Assembly (NCBI GenBank): GCA_021162205.1
Contig: JAGGZE010000148.1
Span: 283 to 64,282 of the forward strand
DNA length: 64,000 bases
Direction: 5' to 3'
Source: a bacterium
GTDB taxonomy: Bacteria; UBP14; UBA6098; B30-G16
Each line of letters begins with the position of its first letter. The stretch's first letter is position 1. The position numbers and the translations under genes were made by a program. Shown here one piece after another: positions 1-9,600 of the stretch. Below the pieces are notes generated by a model. That model worked only from the letters and a program-made list of their open reading frames with translations. It made no database searches and was not told the DNA's origin.

Positions 1-710
1 GAGAACTGCTTCTGCGAAAATTCGATTTACCTATGATAGTTCATATTCGATTCGATGAGAAGTTAGCGAACACATCGTATCGGGATTTTATCGAGCAATA
101 TATAGTGAAATCGCTCGGTGCCAAAGTCGTGATTGTAGGTTACGACCATCATTTCGGTAAGAATCGTGAGGGCAATCCGCAAGCACTATCGGAACTCGGC
201 GAAAAACTCGGTTTCGAGACAATCGTTATGAAACCTGTGAAACATAATGAAACCGATGTTAAAAGTAATTTTATTCGCAATCTAATCTCACAGGGGCAAA
301 TCGAGCGAGCAAACGAATTTTTAGGTCATCTATATCTCGTTGTCGGGAAAGTGATTGCTGGAAGAGGTCTCGGCAGACAAATCGGTTACCCGACAGCGAA
401 TTTATCGCTGCAATCGTATAAGCTTATTCCGCCAGATGGTGTATATGCTGCAAAATCTTACCCTGCAAATTGGGGAAAGCCATATAATTCTATGGTATAT
501 ATCGGCAGAGCACCGACATTCAATCTTCCGCAAAAAATGTTCGAGACGCACATTTTCGACTACGATGGCAAACCGCTTTACGGCAAGCATATAGGGGTCG
601 AATTGATAAAGTTCATCCGTGAGGACAGATATTTCCGCACGGTCGAGGCATTGAAAGCACAAATAGACAATGATGCAGAACAGGTGCGGAAGTTGATGGG
701 AAAAGAATAG
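1..710 (+). CDS. ribF: Bifunctional riboflavin kinase / FMN adenylyltransferase, 5'-truncated by the window edge. The reading frame is open from base 3.
   Basis: 'VVIVGYDHHFGKNREG' matches the adenylyltransferase domain and 'GKVIAGRGLGRQIGYPTANL' matches the riboflavin kinase domain. There is no stop upstream in frame, so the N-terminus lies outside the window. Confidence 0.85.
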   Translation, partial: ELLLRKFDLPMIVHIRFDEKLANTSYRDFIEQYIVKSLGAKVVIVGYDHHFGKNREGNPQALSELGEKLGFETIVMKPVKHNETDVKSNFIRNLISQGQIERANEFLGHLYLVVGKVIAGRGLGRQIGYPTANLSLQSYKLIPPDGVYAAKSYPANWGKPYNSMVYIGRAPTFNLPQKMFETHIFDYDGKPLYGKHIGVELIKFIREDRYFRTVEALKAQIDNDAEQVRKLMGKE

Positions 711-761
711 GGATTTAATTGACAAAAAATTGATAAAGAGATATCCTGAAATTATTATTCC

Positions 762-1907
762 CTATCTGTTCCGTATTCTTTTTTCGAACCATTCCGATGC
801 TACTCGGTCGGCAGAAAGTATGTCGTCGAGCGAACTTACCGATGATTTCGGGATTTCATCTAATGCTTGTATCACAAACCGAACGATTTGCGAGAATTTA
901 ATTTCGCCCATCAAAAACGATTCTACCGCAAGTTCGTTCACAGTATTCAATATAATTGGTGAATTTCCACCATCTGTAAGCACACGGTATGCTAAATCGA
1001 TAGCCGGGAATTTATCTTTATTCGGAGTGCAAAATTCCAAATTTCCGATTTCTGCGAGGTCGAGCGGTTTCATCGGCGATTCGAACCTTTCGGGATATGT
1101 CAACGCATACTGAATCGGCAGACGCATATCTGGCAGTGATAGCTGAGCAATCTGTGAGCCATCGACGAATTCGACAATCGAATGCACAATACTTTGTGGA
1201 TGAATTAGAACATCGATTTTCTCTAATGGAATATCGAACAGCCACCGAGCCTCGATGATTTCGAGAGCTTTATTCATCATCGTTGCAGAATCGATAGAAA
1301 TTTTCTGTCCCATAGACCAATTCGGGTGAGCGAGAGCATCGACAGGGATTATTTTATCGAAATCTACATCCTTATTCCAGAATGGTCCTCCCGATGCCGT
1401 AAGTATCAATCTTTTAATTTCGCTGTGTTTGCCCGAAAGCATCGATTGAAAAAGCGCCGAATGTTCGCTGTCGATTGGGAAAATAACAGCCCCCGTTTCT
1501 TTGGCTCGTTCGGTCAAAATTTCTCCTGCCATCACGAGAGATTCTTTATTCGCTGTGCAAAGTCTTTTGCCGCAATCTATTGCCCGGTATGATGGTATCA
1601 GCCCTTTCGCACCGACTATCGCATTTACCACAATATCGACATCATCGAGGCAAGCGAGTTCGACGAGACCATTGTCCCCGAAAAATATTTCAGTATCGGA
1701 GAATTCGGTGCGTAAAATATTGGCATTGTGTTCATCGGATATGCAGACATATTTCGGATGAAATTTTCTAATTTGTCGTCTTAAAAATTCTAAATTATGT
1801 CCGGCGGCGAGTGCGACGACATCGAATTTACCACCGATATTTTCGATTACATCGAGTGTTTGTGTGCCGATAGAACCTGTCGAACCGAGAAGCGCTATTT
1901 TTTTCAT
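762..1907 (-). CDS. dxr: 1-deoxy-D-xylulose 5-phosphate reductoisomerase
   Basis: 'KKIALLGSTGSIGTQTLDV' NADPH-binding N-terminus with DXR-family conservation along the full length. The likely start is MKKIA at 1907, which gives a 4-bp ATGA overlap with the upstream gene. The ORF track extends to 1916. Confidence 0.9.
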   Translation of the reverse strand: MKKIALLGSTGSIGTQTLDVIENIGGKFDVVALAAGHNLEFLRRQIRKFHPKYVCISDEHNANILRTEFSDTEIFFGDNGLVELACLDDVDIVVNAIVGAKGLIPSYRAIDCGKRLCTANKESLVMAGEILTERAKETGAVIFPIDSEHSALFQSMLSGKHSEIKRLILTASGGPFWNKDVDFDKIIPVDALAHPNWSMGQKISIDSATMMNKALEIIEARWLFDIPLEKIDVLIHPQSIVHSIVEFVDGSQIAQLSLPDMRLPIQYALTYPERFESPMKPLDLAEIGNLEFCTPNKDKFPAIDLAYRVLTDGGNSPIILNTVNELAVESFLMGEIKFSQIVRFVIQALDEIPKSSVSSLDDILSADRVASEWFEKRIRNR

Positions 1908-3363
1908 CGATGGCATTTTTCACCCGCCTCGATTACTCGGATATTAGCATCGTGAATTCTTAAAAGTTGAACTTGTTTATCCAAACTGCCCGATAAAAGC
2001 TTTATATGCGAGGCATCGACTGGATACTGCCCGAAAGTCGGGTCGAATGAATGCCATTTGCTATTAGTGTATGACTGAACCCAAGCATGATAGAAAAAAT
2101 AGCCATCCTCACGATATACCAATCCGACATTTATTCTTGTCGGTATTCCAAGCGAACGAGCTAATGCGGCGAAAAGTGTCGAATGCTCGTTGCAATCGCC
2201 TTTCATATGAGCGAGAACATCCAAAGCCGATGGAATCGATGTTTGATATTGTTTCTCGATATTTTTGAAAAGATAATCGTTTATCTCGACCAGCATATTT
2301 AGTGTATCGGTCGAATTTTTAATTATTTTGTGCACAGCTTTCACAATTCGCCTGTCGTGGCATTGGATGAATGGGACCTCGGCGGTATCCTCGGCGATAG
2401 GATTGTCGATTGTATCGAAACCGTTAGAACAAATAATTAGCGTATCGTTCGAAAATTTTTGATTGAAATCATTAAGTTCGAGTAATTCATCGGGGAAACC
2501 TGTCAATATATATTTTGCGAATTTGGATTTTCTCGAAGACACCGATGGCAGCCATCTCGCAGGGATAGCGAAACCTGTTAGCAGGTCGTATTCGCCCGAA
2601 TGCGAAAGGTCGAATTTCAGTGCTTCATCTTGACTTTCCTTAAATTGTGTAAAGCTATTAGCGGTTTTTTCAAAAAGTAAATCGCCATCGTCGGAAATCC
2701 ACATTTCACTATTGAATCCCTGCGATGCCACTTGAAGAACCCAAACATCCTGTTTTTTATCGGCGATATTTTTTATTCTCCGCTGTATATCGGTTATTTC
2801 ATAAGGCGTTCTCGAAACAGTGAACGGGTCGAATGTCGGTATTTTCGTCAATAATTTTTTGTGTTTCTGCGCCGAAATGAACATCTCGGGTATCATCGAT
2901 GGCGTATAAATTTTTCCATCTATATGAATTTTTATTGTATCCACACTTTGCGGAGTGTTTAAAAAAACCGAAAGCAAACCGTTCTCGATATTCCCTTCAG
3001 CAGTGGCATTGTATGCTCCGCTTTGCAGGTCGAATGAAAAGGTTTGAACGGCATAGGTCGAATCCACAGTTGTGATAGACTGAGCATAAATTTCCTGAAC
3101 GATTCCACCGACAGGAAGCCGCATATACGAAACATCGGTAATCATCGATTTGCTGCCGATTTTTTGAACCGATTTGGAACTGTATCCGATTTTTTCTCCA
3201 CGCCAATAAACTGAATACCAATTTTGCTTTTGCATTTTACCGATTGTAACTATATTGACATCGGGAATATGAGTTGGTTCTGTGGCTCGACTTTCTTTCC
3301 ATAGCAAGAACATCGTCCCTGTCCACCATACAAATGTTAAAATTAAAAGGATTTTTTGCAACA
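1904..3363 (-). CDS. Transglutaminase-like superfamily protein with an N-terminal transmembrane (TM) anchor
   Basis: C-terminal 'GDCNEHSTLFAALARSLGIPTRINVG…YHAWVQ…FDPT' is the Cys/His/Asp transglutaminase core. The likely start is 'MLQKILLILTFVWWTG' (TM or signal) at 3363, not the ORF-track 3664, which would overlap the next gene. Confidence 0.7.
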
Positions 3364-3440
3364 TCGAATACGCACCTTGACTTATTCTTTTTTTTTCATA
3401 ATAATTATAATAAATGAAAAGATATTTTAAAGGAGAATTT

Positions 3441-3914
3441 ATGAAAAAGTTCACACCGCTTTTAATTATTATTTTCACTATCGGGATTATGCCGGTTTTT
3501 GCACAGAATTTCGATGTGCTTAAAAAACTTTTGGATGCCACAAGCATTCCATATATCGCCGATGATAAGAAAGAACTTTGTGCAATCGAGGTCGGCGAAT
3601 CGAAAGAATCCGACAGCAAAACGATATTCGTAAGATTAGATGGTGGAAATAACGATTTTGTCATAGCGAGAATTACGATTATCGACGGGAAGAAAAATTG
3701 CGATTTCCCGCCCGAAATATATAAAGAATGTCTCGAATTTAATCAGCGAACAGGTCTTCTCAAAACCCAATATGACACGCAATATGGAGATATCGATTTA
3801 ACTTACGAAACATGGCTATCGACATCGCCCGACGATTTCACAAGAGGACTTCGATATCTTGCGGACAATGCCGATGTTCTCGCAAAAAAGCTGAAAACTT
3901 TCATAAAAAAATAG
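3441..3914 (+). CDS. Small secreted protein of unknown function
   Basis: Signal peptide 'MKKFTPLLIIIFTIGIMPVFAQ'. About 157 aa with no recognisable catalytic motif. Confidence 0.5.
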   Translation: MKKFTPLLIIIFTIGIMPVFAQNFDVLKKLLDATSIPYIADDKKELCAIEVGESKESDSKTIFVRLDGGNNDFVIARITIIDGKKNCDFPPEIYKECLEFNQRTGLLKTQYDTQYGDIDLTYETWLSTSPDDFTRGLRYLADNADVLAKKLKTFIKK

Positions 3915-4054
3915 AGTTTCTTGGAAATATGACTTAATGAATCAAAGTAAAACTATCGATACCTGCAAAAATCTTTTTTAAAGATAAAAACTATTGCACA
4001 TCGAATTCGATTTATTATTTTGGAAGAAATTTAAACTTTTATTGGAGGTTTATT

Positions 4055-5164
4055 ATGTCCGATGTAAAAAATACCCCATTTTACTCTAAACATATACTTT
4101 TGCACGCTAAACTTGTGCCATTCGCAGGTTTCTTAATGCCGATGTTATACGAGGGTATAGTTCCCGAACACAAGGCTGTGCGAACGAGTGTCGGAATATT
4201 CGATGTTTCGCATATGGGCGAGTTCTATGTCGATGGTCCGGGTGCACTCGATTTCATTCAACGAATGACGACAAACGATGCTTCTACTCTATCTATTGGG
4301 CAGGTGCAATATTCATCTATGCTTTATGACAATGGCGGAATTGTAGATGATTTGCTGGTATATCGCATGCCCGATAAATATATGCTCGTTGTCAATGCCT
4401 CGAATCTCGATAAGGATTTCGAGTGGCTAAAATCACATTTACCTGCCGATGGTGTGGGATTTTCCAATGTTTCCGACGATATTGCATTGCTCGCAATTCA
4501 GGGACCACGCGCTCAAAATGTTTTGCAAAAACTTGTAAATTATGACCTCGAGCAAATGAAATATTATCATCACGCCGACATCGAGGTCTCCGGTGAAAAA
4601 ATGCTCGTTTCACGAACAGGATACACAGGTGAGGATGGTTTCGAATTATATATGCCGACATCGGTTGCAGAAAAAGTATGGGATATAATTATGGAAGCTG
4701 GTCAGCAGAATAATATTAAACCATGCGGACTTGGAGCACGAGACACACTTCGACTCGAAATGAAATATGCACTTTACGGCAACGATATGGATGAAAAATT
4801 TAATCCTTATGAAGCTGGTTTGGGCTGGATAGTTAAACTTGCGAAGGGCGATTTTATCGGTCGCGAAACGATTATCGATGCTAAGGCAAATGGTCTTAAG
4901 CGAAAACTCGTATGTTTCGAACTTCAGGAACGTGGCTTTCCTCGCCACGAATACAAGGTTTTTAAGGATGGTATCGAGGTCGGTTTTGTTACCAGCGGGA
5001 CTTTTTCGCCGATGCTCGAGAAAGGAATCGGTCTGGCGTATGTGCCACCCGAAATATCCAAATCGGGAAATACATTCGATATTCAGGTTAGAAATGTGAA
5101 AATTCCCGCTGTCGTGGTCAAACCGCCATTCTGGAAACACGGCTCGGTTCGAGTGAATAGATAA
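4055..5164 (+). CDS. gcvT: Glycine cleavage system T protein (aminomethyltransferase)
   Basis: 'FDVSHMGEF', 'LLAIQGP', 'RTGYTGEDGFELYMP' and the overall GcvT architecture. Shine-Dalgarno site GGAGGT upstream. Confidence 0.9.
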   Translation: MSDVKNTPFYSKHILLHAKLVPFAGFLMPMLYEGIVPEHKAVRTSVGIFDVSHMGEFYVDGPGALDFIQRMTTNDASTLSIGQVQYSSMLYDNGGIVDDLLVYRMPDKYMLVVNASNLDKDFEWLKSHLPADGVGFSNVSDDIALLAIQGPRAQNVLQKLVNYDLEQMKYYHHADIEVSGEKMLVSRTGYTGEDGFELYMPTSVAEKVWDIIMEAGQQNNIKPCGLGARDTLRLEMKYALYGNDMDEKFNPYEAGLGWIVKLAKGDFIGRETIIDAKANGLKRKLVCFELQERGFPRHEYKVFKDGIEVGFVTSGTFSPMLEKGIGLAYVPPEISKSGNTFDIQVRNVKIPAVVVKPPFWKHGSVRVNR

Positions 5165-5186
5165 TTAAATTTATATGGAAAATTAA

Positions 5187-5921
5187 ATGATTATCAGAAC
5201 TACGCTCGCACCATTATCGGTGAACAATATTCCCGATAACGATTTCGATGCCGCTGTTGTAATCGATGTTCTGCGGGCTACGACTACATTGCTATATGCA
5301 ATCGATGCGGGTGCGAGTAAAATTATTCCCGTATCGACAATCGATGAAGCATTTGCACTCGCCGAAAAATACGATACTGCGGTTCTCTGCGGTGAGCGCG
5401 ATGGCAAAAAAATCGATGGTTTTCATCTCGGAAATTCACCGTCGGAGTATACGGCGGAATCGGTCGGAGGAAAAATTCTAATTTATGCATCGACAAATGG
5501 TAGCGTGATGTTAAAAAAAGTTCAGCGAGTTGCAAAAGAAGTATTTCTCGCGAGTTTGCGGAATATCGGTGCGGCAGCGAAAAGAATCATTTCCAAAAAT
5601 CCTAAAAAAATTCTGATTGCATGCTCGGGATTGGAGAGATTTGTTTCGCTCGAGGATACATATTGCGCAGGAATTCTAATAGATAAAATTTCATCCCAAA
5701 TCGAAAATATCGATACCGACGATTCGACGACATTAGCTCATATTATTTTCAGATATTTCGGTTATAATGTCGATAAAATGTTTCGGGAATCTGTTCACGC
5801 AAGATATCTTGGAAACGAGCTTGGATTGTGGGACGATATCGAGTGTGCAAGCCAAATCGATTCCGCCGACACCGTGCCGATTTTGAAGAATGGCGAAATA
5901 ATTGAAGATTATGTTATATAA
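5187..5921 (+). CDS. 2-phosphosulfolactate phosphatase (ComB) family protein
   Basis: 'VVIDVLRATTTLLYAI…GERDGKKIDGFHLGNSP' is typical of the ComB family. Confidence 0.65.
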   Translation: MIIRTTLAPLSVNNIPDNDFDAAVVIDVLRATTTLLYAIDAGASKIIPVSTIDEAFALAEKYDTAVLCGERDGKKIDGFHLGNSPSEYTAESVGGKILIYASTNGSVMLKKVQRVAKEVFLASLRNIGAAAKRIISKNPKKILIACSGLERFVSLEDTYCAGILIDKISSQIENIDTDDSTTLAHIIFRYFGYNVDKMFRESVHARYLGNELGLWDDIECASQIDSADTVPILKNGEIIEDYVI

Positions 5922-6588
5922 ATTTAAAATATTTAGTGAAATTAAAAATATCGAATTTGCGATAGATGTGAAATCCTCGCCATCTGTGGATATGCTGCAA
6001 TCGTATTTCACTTGTGTCGATGAAAACTATCTGCCAGCAAGGATAGTTCGATTGAATCAGGTTCACAGCGATAAGATTTATAATATCGAAAATTTGGAAC
6101 AAATCGCGCAGATAAATGGTCTCGATGGCGATGGTCTAATCACAACCGTTCCCGATATTGCACTTTCGATTTCCGTTGCGGATTGTGCTCCCGTTGCTCT
6201 ATTCGACATCGATGGTTCGGCGATTTGCCTTATTCATTCGGGCTGGCGCGGAACCGAAAAGAAAATAGTCCCAAAAAGTGTGAAAATCTTTCTCGATATC
6301 GGTATTTCACGAGAAAATATTTTTGCATATATCGGTCCGACAATCGGTGTCGATGACTATGAGGTCGGTGAAGAATTCCTCGAAAAATTTCCAAGCAACG
6401 CATTTGCCGGGGATGGTAAAATATTTTTCGACCTTGCAGGTGAAATCGAAAGACAATTGAAAAATATGGGAATTTCAAAAATCGCAAAATTTCCGCTGTC
6501 CACTTATTCTGAGAATTGGCTTCACTCATACCGCCGCGATGGCGATAGTGCAGGACGGAATATTTTATATTTATGGAAAACTAATTGA
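5902..6588 (+). CDS. pgeF: Peptidoglycan editing factor / purine-nucleoside phosphorylase YfiH (DUF152, Cu-oxidase_4)
   Basis: Conserved 'QVHSDKI', 'VADCAPV' and 'HSGWRG' motifs. The exact start is uncertain because no Shine-Dalgarno site is visible and the ORF overlaps the previous gene by 20 bp. Confidence 0.8.
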   Translation: MKIMLYKFKIFSEIKNIEFAIDVKSSPSVDMLQSYFTCVDENYLPARIVRLNQVHSDKIYNIENLEQIAQINGLDGDGLITTVPDIALSISVADCAPVALFDIDGSAICLIHSGWRGTEKKIVPKSVKIFLDIGISRENIFAYIGPTIGVDDYEVGEEFLEKFPSNAFAGDGKIFFDLAGEIERQLKNMGISKIAKFPLSTYSENWLHSYRRDGDSAGRNILYLWKTN

Positions 6589-6664
6589 TTTTTAATCGAT
6601 GAATAAAATTGTGTATTAGAAACGGGCTGCTTGCCTATGGAAAAATCATCGATTATTTCAGTGG

Positions 6665-9600
6665 TTATTTTTTCCGCAAACCATATTTAGTCATAAGCTG
6701 GTGAAGTCTCGTTCTGTGAATACCGAATTCCTGAGCGGCTTTAGATACATTATAATTATATCGCAGAAGAAGTTTTTCGATTGCCCATTTTTCAAAATCG
6801 CTGCCGAGTTCCTGCTTTAATTTTTTAAACTCATCATAAGTTTGAGGTTCGGGAAATTCTTTCTGCGCTCTCGATTTCGATAATGTCTCATCGGTTTTGA
6901 TGAAATCGGGGAGTAATTCGTGTGTTATAATTTTTCCCCGCGCGAATAATACCATCTCTTCGATAGCATTTTTCAATTGTCTAACATTCCCGGGCCAATT
7001 ATAATCCCGTATAGCCGATACTACGGTGGAAGAGAAACCTTTAATATTTTTCCCGAACCTTTCGGCTGTTTTTTGAAGGAAAAACTGTGCGAGCAATGGA
7101 ATATCTTCTCGTCTTTCACGCAAAGGCGGAATCTTAATTCGCACTGTGGAAATTCGATAGTATAAATCCTCTCGAAAATTTCCATTCTCGATTTCTTTTT
7201 CAAGTTCTCTATTGGTTGCAGCAATAATACGCACATCGGTTTTTATAGTTTTATTTCCGCCGAGACGCATAAATTCACCGGTTTCCAGTGAAGTCAAAAG
7301 TTTTGCTTGAAGAGCGGAAGACATATCGCCGATTTCGTCGAGGAATAGAGTTCCATTATCTGCCAATTCGAGTTTACCGAGTTGCCGATGAGTTGCACCT
7401 GTAAATGCGCCTTTTTCATAACCGAAAAGTTCGGCTTCGAGAAGACTTTCAGGCACAGCGGCGCAATTGAGAACGATGAACGATTCATCGGTTCGCTGAC
7501 TGCGAGAATGTATCACTTTTGCTAATAAATCCTTGCCTGTTCCAGTTTCGCCCAACAGAAGAACCGTTATGTCCTGCTTTGCGACAGCGGAAATTTTGGG
7601 AAATATTTCCTGAATCGATTTCGATTCACCACCGATGAAATCGGTCCCAAAAAACTCTCGTGTTTGAGCGCGAAGAGCATCTCTTTCTGCAACAAGGTCG
7701 CCGTATAGTTTTGCATTGTAAAGTGCCATAGCGGCGAATTCGCCGAGTGTTTCGAGTAATCTGACAGTTCTCTTAGAGAATGTCGCTCGTTTAACCTCGG
7801 CATCGGCATAAAGAACACCGAACAATTCATCGTGGCAGATAAGTGGAACAGCGATAACCATCAAAATTCTAAGGTCGAGAATGCTCTGTTGCGCAGCTAA
7901 ATCCTCATCCTCGGGAATACTTTCGACAAGCAACGATTTACCAGCCTCGATAGCTTTTCGCACCGCTGTGGTGCTGAATTTCAATTCACCTATTGGAATA
8001 GTTTTTTCATCCTCGTATCTCGATGCAATCGGGTTTAAATTATCTCCATCGATTGTGATTAAAATAGCTCTATTCGAACCGCTGACCTCGACAGCTCTAT
8101 CCAAAATAACGGTTACAAGAGTTTCCCAATCGAGAGTCGATGTAAAAGCCTTAGCAACCTCGAGCAAAAGACCAGCATCGCCACCATAACGGCTGCCGCG
8201 AAGATAATCTGCGATATGTTCCAATTCGGCGAGTTTGGTTCTATTATCTAATTTCGAGAAAAATTCCTGTGCTTTGTTCAATGCCAGTTGACCCTTTTGC
8301 GGGTCGGGAAGTTTTTGTGAATAGATTTCAGCGATTCTTTGCCAGAGATAACCCTGAACAAAGAAGTCATTCGGCGGTTTATTCATTAATTTATCCAATT
8401 TATCGATAGCCTGTTGCGGGGATAAAGATGAAATAATAATCTGAACCGCCGAACACCAAATTTCCGCACTTTCAGAAAGATATTTAATCTTCCTTATTAA
8501 ATTTTCAGCGGTTTCCGCAGCGGTTTCATATTGACCTGTCTCGAACGACATCAACGCTTTCCATAAAATACTTGCAAACTCATCTGTGGGTATCGATGGG
8601 AAATAATCGAGTTCCGAGGTCGGTATCCCTGAAAGCACGCAAAGAGGCAAAAGTTCTCTCATCACAGAATTATACGATGTCTGAGGTAATGATTTTAAGT
8701 CTGGAAGAATTTTTTCGAGTGAAATTTGCGGGTCGTCGAGCGTGCCTCCATAAAGATTCACAAACAATTCCTCTAATCGAATTCTTACCTTGTGCAAGGG
8801 CAAATGTGCAAACTCTTTCAGTTCGACAACTGTTCTTTTAGCGAGTTCGATGTTTCCGAGTCTTCGATATACGATAGACAATCCTAAAAGCGAGGCAAAT
8901 CTTTGATTTATTAACTTTTCCTGCTCGGCAATCGATGCCGCCGCAAGCAATCTATCGAGTGATTGTGTATATTTCCCCTGAGCGATGAGAATATATCCGA
9001 GATTGACCTCGACAGTGATAAGAGCAGTATTGTTCTGAATTTGAGTTGCGATATTTCGTGCCTGCCAGAAAATATTTGCGGCTTCGGTCATTTCTGTGCG
9101 CGCTTGCAACACAGCGGCAATATTTATTAGCGAGAACAGTTCGAGCCGCGAATCGTTTATTTGTCGAGAAAACTCGAGAGCTTCATTCAAAAGAGAATAT
9201 GCCTCGTCATTTTTCCCTGCTTTAATCAATGCACCGCTTAAATCTATAAGAACTGTGGTTTCCTTTTGAATATCCGTCGTTTTTTGAACTTTCGTTAAAA
9301 GTCTTCGATAAACAGAAATCGCTTTTTCAAGTTCGCCGATTAAACGAAAAGTATTCGCCTTTTTCTTAATCGCACGAAACCACAATTGATTGTCTCCCGA
9401 TTCCTCGGCACACTTTGTAACTAAATCATAAGCTCGAAGAAGTAAATCGAGTTTATATCTGGATTTTAATTTTTTTAGAATTGTCCTCGTATATTTTATA
9501 GCTTTTTCAGGGTCGTTTGTCTCATAGAACATCTGTGCACCAGAAAGAACAAATTCGGGCAGTTCCGTTAATTCGACAAAAACCCCAGCAGATTTACTTT

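Noticed and set aside
3915-4054. Glycine riboswitch upstream of gcvT.
   Set aside because: The 140-bp AT-rich leader lacks the conserved GGAGAG…ACCGAAGGGGCAA-type aptamer cores.
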